In this document: piece after piece, positions 54,030 to 63,519 of the stretch
Position numbering within the stretch: the stretch's first letter is position 1
How the letters are laid out: each line of letters opens with the position of its first letter
Assembly (NCBI GenBank): GCA_963764625.1
Contig: CAVXTH010000007.1
Span: forward strand, 96,001-160,000
Source: Candidatus Krumholzibacteriota bacterium
GTDB taxonomy: Bacteria; Krumholzibacteriota; Krumholzibacteriia; JAJRXK01
Reading direction: 5' to 3'
Length of the DNA stretch: 64,000 bases
Translations under genes and position numbers: made by a program
The notes under the pieces: generated by a model
Seen by the model: the letters and a program-made list of their open reading frames with translations, nothing else
Databases searched by the model: none
Told to the model about the DNA's origin: nothing

Positions 54030-54869
54030 GTGCGGCAATCACCCTCCCTCGAACTCTCCGTGGTCATCCCCGTACACGACGAGGAAGCGAACGTCCACCG
54101 TTTGACCGAGGAAATCGATGCGGCCCTGAATGGCCTGCGGTGGGAGTGCATCTGGGTGGATGATGCTTCGGTCGACCTCACCCTCACCCGTCTCCGCGAA
54201 GTCCAATCGAACGGAAACGGATTGCATCGCGTGCTCTGCTTCCAGCGGCAGCGGGGACAGAGCGCGGCTCTGATCGCCGGCTTCAAGGCGGCCCGGGGGG
54301 AGTTCGTCGCCAGTTTGGACGGGGACGGACAAAACGATCCCAAGGACTTGCCGCGCTTGCTCGAAATCGCGGTGCGTGACGAACTGGACATGGTCAATGG
54401 CGTGAGGATACAACGGCACGACAACTGGATTCGCATCGTGTCCTCGCGCATCGGCAACGGATTTCGCAACCTCGTCACCGGTGATCACATTACCGACGTC
54501 GGCTGTTCCACTCGCGTTTTCCGCCGCGAGTTCGTCGATGCTCTCCCTCACTTCAAGGGCATGCACCGATTTCTGCCCACTTTCGTGCGGGCGGCAGGCG
54601 GTGTGATCGGTGAGGCTCCGGTTGCTCACCGTCCACGGGCGGGGGGACAAACGAAGTACGGCGTGGGCAATCGGCTTTTCCGTGGCCTGGTCGATACGCT
54701 CGGAGTGCGGTGGTATGCGCGCCGAGAGGTGAGAGTCGATGCCTCGGAAACCGATGTGAGGGAAGCGGAAGTCGTGGAGCTGAACGCGGCTCGAATGAAC
54801 GCAGCTCGGTCCAATGCGGACCGGGAGTTCTCGCTCAGTCCTGAAATCGAAGGCGGCCCCTCGCAGTGA
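54030..54869 (+). CDS. GT2 polyprenyl-phosphate glycosyltransferase (ArnC/DPM1-like)
   Basis: SVVIPVHDE, VDDAS, GQSAA, LDGDGQNDP, MHRFLP, HRPRAGGQTKYG. Confidence 0.92.
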   Translation: MRQSPSLELSVVIPVHDEEANVHRLTEEIDAALNGLRWECIWVDDASVDLTLTRLREVQSNGNGLHRVLCFQRQRGQSAALIAGFKAARGEFVASLDGDGQNDPKDLPRLLEIAVRDELDMVNGVRIQRHDNWIRIVSSRIGNGFRNLVTGDHITDVGCSTRVFRREFVDALPHFKGMHRFLPTFVRAAGGVIGEAPVAHRPRAGGQTKYGVGNRLFRGLVDTLGVRWYARREVRVDASETDVREAEVVELNAARMNAARSNADREFSLSPEIEGGPSQ

Positions 54870-55147
54870 TCGATCGCATCTGGCTTGCAGTAGGACTCGT
54901 GGCGCAGGGAATGTTCATGGGACGTTTCCTGGTGCAATGGATCATCAGTGAGCGTAAAGGTGAGAGCACCATTCCAGTCGCCTTCTGGTATCTGAGCATC
55001 GCCGGCGGTATTCTGCTTCTGGCCTATGCGTGTTGGCGGCGCGATCCCGTATTCATTCTCGGGCAGAGCACCGGCATCATCGTGTACACTCGCAACCTCG
55101 TGCTCATGAGGCGCAGTCGCAGAAGAGCACTGCAGGCGGATGCCTAA
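54866..55147 (+). CDS. Lipid-A-disaccharide synthase N-terminal (LAB_N) domain membrane protein
   Basis: RFLVQWIISE, PVAFWYLS, DPVFILGQ, YTRNL. Confidence 0.88.
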   Translation: MIDRIWLAVGLVAQGMFMGRFLVQWIISERKGESTIPVAFWYLSIAGGILLLAYACWRRDPVFILGQSTGIIVYTRNLVLMRRSRRRALQADA

Positions 55148-56645
55148 CCGTTCTTGGCTGTGGCTTTTCCTGTTGGCCTCGGTCGTGGCCTTCGGATTCC
55201 AGGGCACTCGTGGACTGAGTGATCCCGACGAAGGACGCTATAGCGAAGTCGCGCGCGAGATGCTCGTGAGCGGCGACCTTGTGCATCCCCAACTCGAAGC
55301 GCAACCGCACTACTCTAAGCCACCCCTGACCTATTGGTCGATCGCGGCCTCGATGGCGCTGTTCGGGCAGAATGAATGGGCCGCTCGCCTCTTTCAATCC
55401 CTGTCCTACCTGGCCACCATCCTGCTCGTGGCGGCGAGTGGCGTCGCGCTGTTCGGAAGTTCAGTGGGAGGGTTGGCGGGCATCGTATACGCGAGCATGG
55501 CGCTGCCCTTCGTGGCCGCGAACATCATCACCACCGACACGCTGCTGACCCTGTGGGAAGCGCTGGCCGTCTTCGCTTTCATTCGCGGGCGCAGTGCGAC
55601 GAGTCCTTCCGCCCGGCGCTTCTGGCCTGCGCTCTGTGGTCTCGCCTTCGGATTGGCGTTCTTCACCAAAGGTCCTCCAGGATTGCTCTTTCTGGCGGCG
55701 CTGCTCGTCTACACGCGATTGCCGGTCGGACGTCGCGATCGCGGGGCCCCCCTGCTCGACGGCCTGGGAATTCTGCTGCTCCTGGGGGTCGGATTGTGGT
55801 GGTTCGTCTATCTCGCCCTCACCACCAAGGGCATCACATCGTACTTTCTGGGCGATGAGGTCGTGGGACGTTTGGCGGGAGAGCACCATCGCAACGCGGG
55901 CCTGATGGGTGCCGTCAAAGTCTACCTGCCCATTCTGACTCTGGGGACGCTTCCCTGGTCGGTGACCTGGATCGTGGCGTGGCAACGGATGCGCAAGAAG
56001 ACTCCCGAGCTCACCCACCTCTGGCAGGCCTGGCGGCGTCGGCCCGCTCTGACCATGCTCGTGCTCTTGATTCTTGTTCCCCTCCTCGTCTTCACCCTCT
56101 CGCGCTCGCGCCTGCCTCTTTACGTCTTGCCTCTCTTCATTCCGATCTCGCTTGCGACCGCTCGCGCCCTTCAGCTCGCCTTTAAGAGTGCGGCGCGAGA
56201 CTTGGCCACTTTGCGTCTCCGCTCCGGTTGGGGTCTGGGGATCGGGGTATGGGTTCTGGTTCTTCTTGCCCTTCGCGTGGGCTACGCCCACTGGCCGGAC
56301 GAGGCCAACGCGCGTGCGCTGCATGGCAAGCTGCCGGTGACGCGCGCCGATGAGATCGTGGTGATCGATGGGGTGCGCTCGGTGCACGGGCTCGCCTTCT
56401 ACGATAGGCGTGAGCTGGAGTACGCTGCCTGGTCCAAGGACGAAGCGAAGCAGCGGGGTTGGTCCACCGTGCAGGCCAAGCTCGAGCGCCTACAGGCTCA
56501 TCCCGCAGAGCGTTATCTCTTCTTGGTGAAGCCCCAATCAGTCGAGAACTTGCAGTCGATGCTCGAGGGACGTGGTCTCGTGGCAGAGACCACCATCAAA
56601 GGGAAGAAGATCGTCGCTCTGTTGTGCGGCTCCGGAAATTCCTAG
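55140..56645 (+). CDS. ArnT-like GT-C (family 39/83) glycosyltransferase
   Basis: DPDEGRYSEVAREM, KPPLTYW, TKGP, many TMs. Confidence 0.92.
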   Translation: MPNRSWLWLFLLASVVAFGFQGTRGLSDPDEGRYSEVAREMLVSGDLVHPQLEAQPHYSKPPLTYWSIAASMALFGQNEWAARLFQSLSYLATILLVAASGVALFGSSVGGLAGIVYASMALPFVAANIITTDTLLTLWEALAVFAFIRGRSATSPSARRFWPALCGLAFGLAFFTKGPPGLLFLAALLVYTRLPVGRRDRGAPLLDGLGILLLLGVGLWWFVYLALTTKGITSYFLGDEVVGRLAGEHHRNAGLMGAVKVYLPILTLGTLPWSVTWIVAWQRMRKKTPELTHLWQAWRRRPALTMLVLLILVPLLVFTLSRSRLPLYVLPLFIPISLATARALQLAFKSAARDLATLRLRSGWGLGIGVWVLVLLALRVGYAHWPDEANARALHGKLPVTRADEIVVIDGVRSVHGLAFYDRRELEYAAWSKDEAKQRGWSTVQAKLERLQAHPAERYLFLVKPQSVENLQSMLEGRGLVAETTIKGKKIVALLCGSGNS

Positions 56646-57334
56646 CCCAGACTCCCCAGGTGCTCACAGCCCACGACGTACTTGCTGTTCTTGGTAACCA
56701 GGAGCGACAACCCCTGGAGCACCCGGCCCACTTGCTCTGCCGCGCCGCGCTGAGCTTTTACCTCCACCACGAGAGTCCCCGGCGGTTGCGTGGCGAACCG
56801 GAGATTCGGCCGTGTGGTGGCCCATTGGTTCCAGTATTTCTGGTGCGTGTCTATGGTCACCCGGACGGCACGGTTAGCAGTAATCAGATAGCTGCGGAGA
56901 TAACGATTGATGATCACGGGCTGGTCGAGAGTTCGAGAGGCGGATCGGACGTCTTCGGGAACGCTGCGCATCATCAGATCGAGGAAGGCACTCCAACTCA
57001 TCGATCGGAGGTTCACCCGCTCCGTTACCGGGAAGGATCGTTTCCAGCCCAAAGCGCCGTGCTTCAGTTTGAATTCAAGATGGCCGCCCGCACCGTCCAT
57101 CGCCTCGCCGTACCATCGGTACCGCAGTTTGCTGCGATCGCTGACGCCGGCGTAGTTCTGGTTGAGCCGCGAGAGGTTCCGCGAATCGAGGTAGACGTTG
57201 TTGACCCATCGCTGGGGGTGAAGTTTCCGTAGCGCGAGGGGATGAACTCTCACTTGGGCCAAGAGCCGCGGCAAATACCCTTCCGGGGCGGCCAGCTTGA
57301 CTTCGTAGCGCAGGTCTTCCACCGGAATCATCAT
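56642..57334 (-). CDS. VTC (polyphosphate polymerase / CYTH-TTM) domain protein
   Basis: RYEVK, VYLDS, KLRYRWYG, LEFK, RVTIDT, VVEVK, SKY. Confidence 0.85.
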   Translation of the reverse strand: MMIPVEDLRYEVKLAAPEGYLPRLLAQVRVHPLALRKLHPQRWVNNVYLDSRNLSRLNQNYAGVSDRSKLRYRWYGEAMDGAGGHLEFKLKHGALGWKRSFPVTERVNLRSMSWSAFLDLMMRSVPEDVRSASRTLDQPVIINRYLRSYLITANRAVRVTIDTHQKYWNQWATTRPNLRFATQPPGTLVVEVKAQRGAAEQVGRVLQGLSLLVTKNSKYVVGCEHLGSLG

Positions 57335-59921
57335 TCAGTTCCCCAAGACGCCCGTGGCGTACAATTTGCTCACGTCGAAGTCGCTGGTCGGCAGAGTGCG
57401 ACCATCGAGGGTGACGGTGCAGCCGGTTTGCACCAAGGAGACTCTCTGAACCGAAGGAAACTCGATGTGAGTCGCATCGATCGAGGCCGGGCCATAGACC
57501 GGCTTCTTGACGTAGGCGGCAAGCCCGATCTTCGCGTTGCGAATCACCCCATCTTGAACAATGACGGTGGAGAGGTCCTTGCTGGCCACTCCGATGCTGG
57601 TTTCATCCACTTGTAGCTGCGCCACGCGCACATTCGATTCCTCGCCGGCCGAAATCGCCTTGTCACTGATGCGCAGGGCCTGAATGCGACGCATGTCCAC
57701 GGTGCTACCGCTCAAGTCGAGCGCGTCTCCCCCGACATCGTGGAAGGAACAGTCCGAGACGCTGCCCTGCACGAAATCGCAATCGAGCGCGTCGGAGAGG
57801 CAGTCGCCAATGATGGAGTTTTCCATCGAGAAACGGGTCCGCACCAGATGAACCGCATCTTCGCCCCGGTGGTTCTCGAAGCGGCAGTCGCGAATCTCCA
57901 ACGGACTCTGGTACGCGGTCACCCCCCCGGTGAGGAACCATCCCGGCCGGTCGACCCCCTTGGTCGCGCGAACCTCCACGTGATCCCAGCGGCTCAATGA
58001 ATCGACATCCATGAGGACCAGACCACCCCAATCTTCACCCTCGGGCAAGAACCGCACCGGCTTGTCTTTGGTACCCGAGCAGTTTAGGGGAGCGCGGGCG
58101 AGGATGACCGCGCCCGTTTTCATCCGCAGGGTCACGCCGGGCAAAAATCGGGTGGTCACGGCGGGAAGGATCAGGTCGTGATCGAGATGCCACTCCCCGG
58201 GCATGACACTCAGATCCCCGGTGCGCGCGTCCCAGTGAAGCCAGGACTCGCGGCTTGCGAAGAGCGCGGGGTCAGCGGGGGCGGCGGGCAATACCGCCGG
58301 CTGGGCGAAGGACTCGGTGGCCGCACGGAGAACGCACTCACGCCGGGTCTGCGGCAGGGCGAAACTCTGGAACACCGCGTCGTACTTGCTCGCCCTGGGC
58401 AGGGAGGGAGAGCGGCACGTGAAACTCGTGCTCTTGCCGCGACTCCAGTTTCTCATAGGCGGAGAGGAATAGTGGTTGAGGAAGCTCGAAGCTTCGGTTA
58501 CCCACTCTCACCGCGAGTAGCTCGAGCGGGACGTCGCAGACCGAGCCCACCCGCAACTTCAAGCCCTCTCCGTCCGCAGAGTACTTCCCCTCCAGGGCCA
58601 CCGGGGTTTGCAGCTTGCCCCGGAAGAAGCGCTGTCCATCCAGAAGCGCCGGCGCGGGGCTTTGCAACTGCGGCCATTCGAGGTGCAGGGCGAGCAGACG
58701 GTCGTGCAGGCCCTTTCCGTATTCATCGAGCAGCGACTTCGACCACGCGGGATCCGAATACTCCCACAGCGCTCTCATGTAGAGCGACAGCGCCTCTTTC
58801 TGGGCCAGAAAGTCGCGAATCCACGGGTACCAGCCGCCGCGGCTCATGGAGAATTGCTGCCCGGCGAAGAGATCGGAGCGCATCTTGTCTTCCTCCGACC
58901 AACCCCAGGGCTCCCCGTCGAAGGCGATGGGCTCCAGCCGCGTCGTCACCGGATTGTAATAGAAACGGAGGTTGTGCCAGATGAGGGCGTGATCGGCGCC
59001 CCACACCCGGCAGAGGGCCAGAAAGCGCGCCATGCTCTGAAGGTCGAAGACCTGCGAGGGCTTCAGTTTTTCTCGTTGGAAGCCCTCGAGCAGGTGTCGC
59101 GTGGCTTCCATCTGTTCGCGCATGACCGGGTTTTCCTGAAGCTTGCTCTGCGAGAAGAAGCTCACCTGAGCGGTGCGAAAGTCGAGGTGATCCAGGTCGA
59201 ACCAGCCGAGGTGGAAATCGTTGTGGGAAATGCGGCGCTGTTCCCAGTGGGGATTCTCGTCGAACTTGGCGATCGGGGCTTCCGCGCGTTTCTCGCTCTC
59301 CAATAGCTCCTTGGCGAAGTGCTCCTCGACCGCGTAGATCCCTTTCGACTTTCCGTTGAAGACGAGTTTGACGAAATCGTAACGCGGCGCCAGGATGCCC
59401 TCCCGGCGTACGCTGGCCAGGAAGAGCCACTCCCCGAGGTACCGGCGCACCCACGGAGCTTGGACCGAGAAGCGGCGCATTCCGTGGTATTGCGTGCCTT
59501 TCTTCGTCTTCACCCGGAACGACCATTTGTCGGTTTGGAAATGGTCGGGCCAGTCCCCTTTGAGCCGCATCTTCACCGGAATCGTTCGACCGTCGGCCTC
59601 CAATTCGGCCGGCACTTCATCGCTGTCGTCGCTGAAGAGGAGCCCCACGCGCAAGGCCTCTTCGCGCTTGGCGAGAATCTTCTCGTAGTCCTTGAACTTC
59701 ATGTGGAAATGGAGCTCGTCCAGGGGTGGCGCGTGCAATTTGGCGTGGAGCAGCGATTTGGGAATGTCCAGTAGCATTCCCTTGGGATCGTGTTTCACGC
59801 GCCGTAGGAAATCGATTCGCAACAGCCCCAAACCGGCTGCGATGACGAAGAGGGCGAAGAGGAAAATGGACAGGCGCCCGGGCCAGCGCCGTTTTCGCTC
59901 GCCCGAATCGAGGATCTTCAT
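57335..59921 (-). CDS. CotH-family kinase with C-terminal right-handed beta-helix; one frameshift near 58400
   Basis: N-terminal TM, MRLKGD, KWSFRVK, YAVEE, DHALIWHNLRFYYNP...PIAFD. Beta-helix repeats DALDCD, DALDLS, DKAISAGE, GVASKD. Split into ORFs 58338-59921 and 57335-58456. Confidence 0.82.
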
Positions 59922-59927
59922 GGCGAC

Positions 59928-60608
59928 TCAACCACCCAGGAAGTTCTGTTGCTCCACGAAGGTAACTCGGGCGCCGGGAAACGCGCTGCGCAGGTGGTCC
60001 ATGCCGGCGATGAGCTCCTTGTCGCTGCGGCATCGCACGAAGTAACTCGCCTGCAGCTCGCCATCGGCCACGTCCATCCGCCGCATGTCGGCAAAGCTCA
60101 AGTGTTCAGCCAGGATCGAGTGAATGGCATCGAAGGTCACGCGTCCGTCCTCGACAGAAGGCACGATGATGTTCAGGAAAAGATTCTCGTCCTTGCGGTG
60201 CGTTCCCGAGCGGGAGACCAATGCTCCCACGATGAGGATCACTGGGGCCGCCGCCAGGGCGGAGTAGCGCTGATCGGCGCCCAAAGACAGGCCCACCGCG
60301 ATGCACAAAAAGAGATAGGCCAGCTCCTCGGGCTCCTTGATGGGGGTACGGAAGCGTACGATCGAGAGCGCCCCGACCAGCCCCAGGGAGAGAGCCAGCG
60401 AGGACTTCACCACGCTGATGATGAGAATGGTGGTCAAGACGATGAAGGGGAAGGTCTTGGCCAGGGCTACTCGATTCGAGAGACTGCGGCCGAAACGGAC
60501 GTAGTGCCAGGAGAGGAGCAGCGACAAGACGATCCCCAGCCCCAAGTTCAGGAGCAGATCGCTGAGCGAGAGGGGGGTCGCCGCCAATTGGGTAATGCTG
60601 TTGGGCAT
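59928..60608 (-). CDS. DUF4956 membrane protein
   Basis: SSLALSLGLVGALSIVRFRTPIKEPEELAYLF, about 4-5 TMs plus a small C-terminal soluble domain. GAGGAGG SD. Confidence 0.88.
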   Translation of the reverse strand: MPNSITQLAATPLSLSDLLLNLGLGIVLSLLLSWHYVRFGRSLSNRVALAKTFPFIVLTTILIISVVKSSLALSLGLVGALSIVRFRTPIKEPEELAYLFLCIAVGLSLGADQRYSALAAAPVILIVGALVSRSGTHRKDENLFLNIIVPSVEDGRVTFDAIHSILAEHLSFADMRRMDVADGELQASYFVRCRSDKELIAGMDHLRSAFPGARVTFVEQQNFLGG

Positions 60609-60685
60609 CGTGCCTCCTCGGATCCCTTGAGATTCCGGGCCAGAGACTAGCAGAGGGCAGGCCAGGTGGCGACGGCTTCCGTGCC

Positions 60686-60714
60686 TTGACAGGATCGAGC
60701 TTGCAGACCATACT
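60686..60714 (+). promoter_or_regulatory. Sigma70-type promoter of the carbohydrate locus
   Basis: TTGACA (60686-60691), 17 nt spacer, CATACT (60709-60714). Confidence 0.75.
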
Positions 60715-60735
60715 TTGATCGGTGTCCGTACAAAG
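60713..60735. promoter_or_regulatory. Putative ROK repressor operator
   Basis: 23-bp imperfect palindrome CTTTGATCGG-TGT-CCGTACAAAG overlapping the -10 and +1 positions, upstream of an operon containing a ROK regulator. Confidence 0.6.
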
Positions 60736-60811
60736 GGTGGATTTTGATTCCTGCCCAGGACTCTCATCTTGGGGTGTGAACCATTCCTCGCAGTTTCTTG
60801 GAGGCTTTCGC

Positions 60812-62210
60812 GTGAAGCAGCTCGTCGCTCGACTCTTCGCTCTCTATGGCGCTCTCGATGCTGATCTTCCAGCTGGGATGCAGTGGACGTGACCCCATGG
60901 GTCTCGAGCCGGCGCGGGCCTCCGTCGACCCCCTTGTCTTCGGGGATGACTACGACGCTGACGTCTACTTCCAGGCATTCTTCCAGACGAACTATACCGC
61001 GGTCCAGGTGGACTCCGTCTACGCCTACAACGGTTACGCTCCTGACGGCGCGCGCTCCCTCAAGATCACAGTCGCACCGATCGGTTCCGCCCTCGGTCTC
61101 TATTCCGGGGGAGTTCTGACCTCGGCGGCAAGCCGGGACCTGGCCGATTACAACGCTCTGACTTTCTACGCACGGGCAAGCGCGGACATTTCCCTCGACC
61201 TGGTGGGGTTCGGGAACGACAACACCGGCACTTCGCTGTATGAGGCCAGACGTTCGGGGCTCGCTCTGACCCGCGATTGGCAATACGTCGTCGTTCCCAT
61301 TCCCGCGCCCTCCAAGCTCATTGCGGAGCGAGGGCTCTTCACCTTCGCGGAGGGTCTGCAGGAAGAGTATCCGGACGGCTACGACATCTGGGTCGATGAG
61401 ATCAAGTTCGCCAAGGTCGACGGCATCTCGGTCTTCCGCCCCAGCATGCGCTCGGTGAGTCGCCAGTATTTCGTGGGCGCGACGGTTAGCCTCGACGGAA
61501 CCTCCACCATCTTCCAAGTGAATGGCGCGTTCGTCCCGGTGGACCATTCGCCCAACTACTTCGACTTCGTCTCGTCCGATCCCGCGGTGGCCACGGTGAG
61601 CCAGGGCAGAGTGAGGGTCGTGGGTACCGGAAGCGCCACGATCACCGCCACGCTCCAGGACACACCGGTCCTCGGCAGCGTCGCGCTCACCGGATATGAG
61701 CCTCCCGCGGTCGCTCCTGTGTCGCCCACCCTTCCCGCGGCCGACGTGATCTCGATGCTGAGCGACGTCTATCCGAACGTCCCCGTCGACACCTGGCGCG
61801 CGGATTGGGGAGGGGTCACCACCCAGATCGAGGACTACTCGGTGGCCGGCAACCACATGAAGCTGTACTCCTCGTTGAACTGGGTGGGCATCGAGTTCCT
61901 GAACCCGGTAATCGACGCCAGCGCCATGACCCATCTCCACGTGGACGTCTACGCACCGGCCGGCACGAATTTCCGGCTGAAGCTGGTCTCGTTCCCCACC
62001 GAACTCACCCATTCGGTGGAGACGGTGGAAAAGGTCTTCGATGCCAGCTCTACGCCCGTCTTCACTCCGGGCTCCTGGTCGTCGCTGGACATTCCGCTGA
62101 GCGATTTCCAGCTTCCCGCTTCCTGGGACTGGGCTCGCATCGGGCAGCTCGTTCTCGCCTCATCGGATGCGCAGCTCGTGCTGGTGGACAATCTCTACTG
62201 GCACAAATAA
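60812..62210 (+). CDS. Carbohydrate-binding lipoprotein (CBM-like, Ig-like and CBM-like domains)
   Basis: Lipobox QLGC, RDLADYNALTFYARAS, SSDPAVATV Ig-like, MTHLHVDVY. The best start (GGAGG + GTG 60812) is 1 nt out of frame with ORF 60846-62210. Confidence 0.7.
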
Positions 62211-62253
62211 GATCGTCTCGCCTCGAAGCCTCAACCGTGAGAGAATTGGCGAG

Positions 62254-63519
62254 ATGCACAATCACAACCTGAATCGCAAGGGGTTACGGCGCGTCGATGC
62301 CGATGGCCCGCGCCCCTTGGCCGACGCCGTGCTGCGGCTCATCTGGCAGGAGCGGCGCATCTCCCGGGCGGAAATCGCACGCCACGCCAAACTCTCCCGC
62401 TCGACCGTCTCGGAGATCGTCAACGAGATCCTTCCCATGGGACTCATCGCCGAAATCGGCGAAGGCCCCTCTCGCGGCGGCCGTCCGCCCATCGTGCTGG
62501 AATTTTGTGACGATGCTTGTGTCATCCTGGGCGTCGAAATGGGCGCGGCCCACGTCGTGGTCACCCTCATCGATCTGCGCGGCAAGGTGTTGAGCTGGGA
62601 ATCGCGCGAGCATCCCGTGCGCACCGATCCTCCCGGCACTCGACGGCTCATCGCGGAACTCTGCAAGGCCTGCCTCGCGGCCTCGGCGGTAGGCGATCGC
62701 CCCCTGGTCGGAATCGGGGTCGCGGTTCCTTGCCCGGTCGACCCCTTCGGAAACCACCGTCTTTCGAATGTAGTGCTGCCCGCCTGGGAAGGGCAGCTGG
62801 GCCTGGAGGACCTCGCCAAGCACTACGGCGTGCCCCTGATGGTCGACAACGACGCCAACCTGGGCGCGTTGGCCGAGCAATGGTGGGGAGTGGGACGGGG
62901 CGTCGACGACATCGCCTACATCAAAGTCGCCACCGGAATTGGATCCGGGCACGTCATCGGGGGAGAGATCTATCGGGGCGCGACCGGCGTCGCGGGCGAA
63001 ATCGGCCACATCGCCATCGACCCGCAAGGCAAACCCTGCATCTGCGGCTTGCGCGGCTGCCTTGTCACTCTGATCGGCGGACCGGCCCTGGTCGCGCGCG
63101 CCGAGGAGCTGAGCCGCGAGTATCCCCAGAGTACGCTGGCCCAGGGGAAGCACAGTGTCCGCGAGATCGAGGACGCCGCTCTCGCGGGCGACCCGCTCGC
63201 CTTGCAGGTGGCGCAGGAAGCGGCTGGCTATCTCGGCCGAGCCGTCGCGAGTCTGTTGAATCTCATGAATCCCTCCCTGGTGATCGTGGGAGGGGACTTG
63301 GCTCAGCTCGGGGACCTTCTGATCGGCCCCCTCCGCGACACGGTCGAGAAGCGCACGCTCGTCAGCTCGGTCGCCGCGGCACAGATCCGCACCAGCGAAC
63401 TCGGTTTCCGCTCCACGGCCATCGGCGCGGCGACTCTGGTCCTGAAGGCCGCCCTGGCCGACTCGAGGTTGTTTCCCCCGGTGGGGGAAGCTAAATCGCC
63501 AATTGCAGATAGGTCCTGA
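62254..63519 (+). CDS. ROK family transcriptional regulator
   Basis: HTH SRAEIA...LSRSTVS, GGRPP, DNDAN, GIGSG, GEIGH, CICGLRGC. Confidence 0.93.
   Translation: MHNHNLNRKGLRRVDADGPRPLADAVLRLIWQERRISRAEIARHAKLSRSTVSEIVNEILPMGLIAEIGEGPSRGGRPPIVLEFCDDACVILGVEMGAAHVVVTLIDLRGKVLSWESREHPVRTDPPGTRRLIAELCKACLAASAVGDRPLVGIGVAVPCPVDPFGNHRLSNVVLPAWEGQLGLEDLAKHYGVPLMVDNDANLGALAEQWWGVGRGVDDIAYIKVATGIGSGHVIGGEIYRGATGVAGEIGHIAIDPQGKPCICGLRGCLVTLIGGPALVARAEELSREYPQSTLAQGKHSVREIEDAALAGDPLALQVAQEAAGYLGRAVASLLNLMNPSLVIVGGDLAQLGDLLIGPLRDTVEKRTLVSSVAAAQIRTSELGFRSTAIGAATLVLKAALADSRLFPPVGEAKSPIADRS

Noticed and set aside
58338-58456. Programmed frameshift between the CotH and beta-helix domains
   Set aside because: No X XXY YYZ slippery site is evident, and similar single-base shifts occur at several other places in the window, which points to consensus error.
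60609-62012. 694-aa ORF 59928-62012 as a single large protein
   Set aside because: Only the last 226 aa are DUF4956, with its own SD and ATG at 60608. The rest is antisense to the lipoprotein gene.
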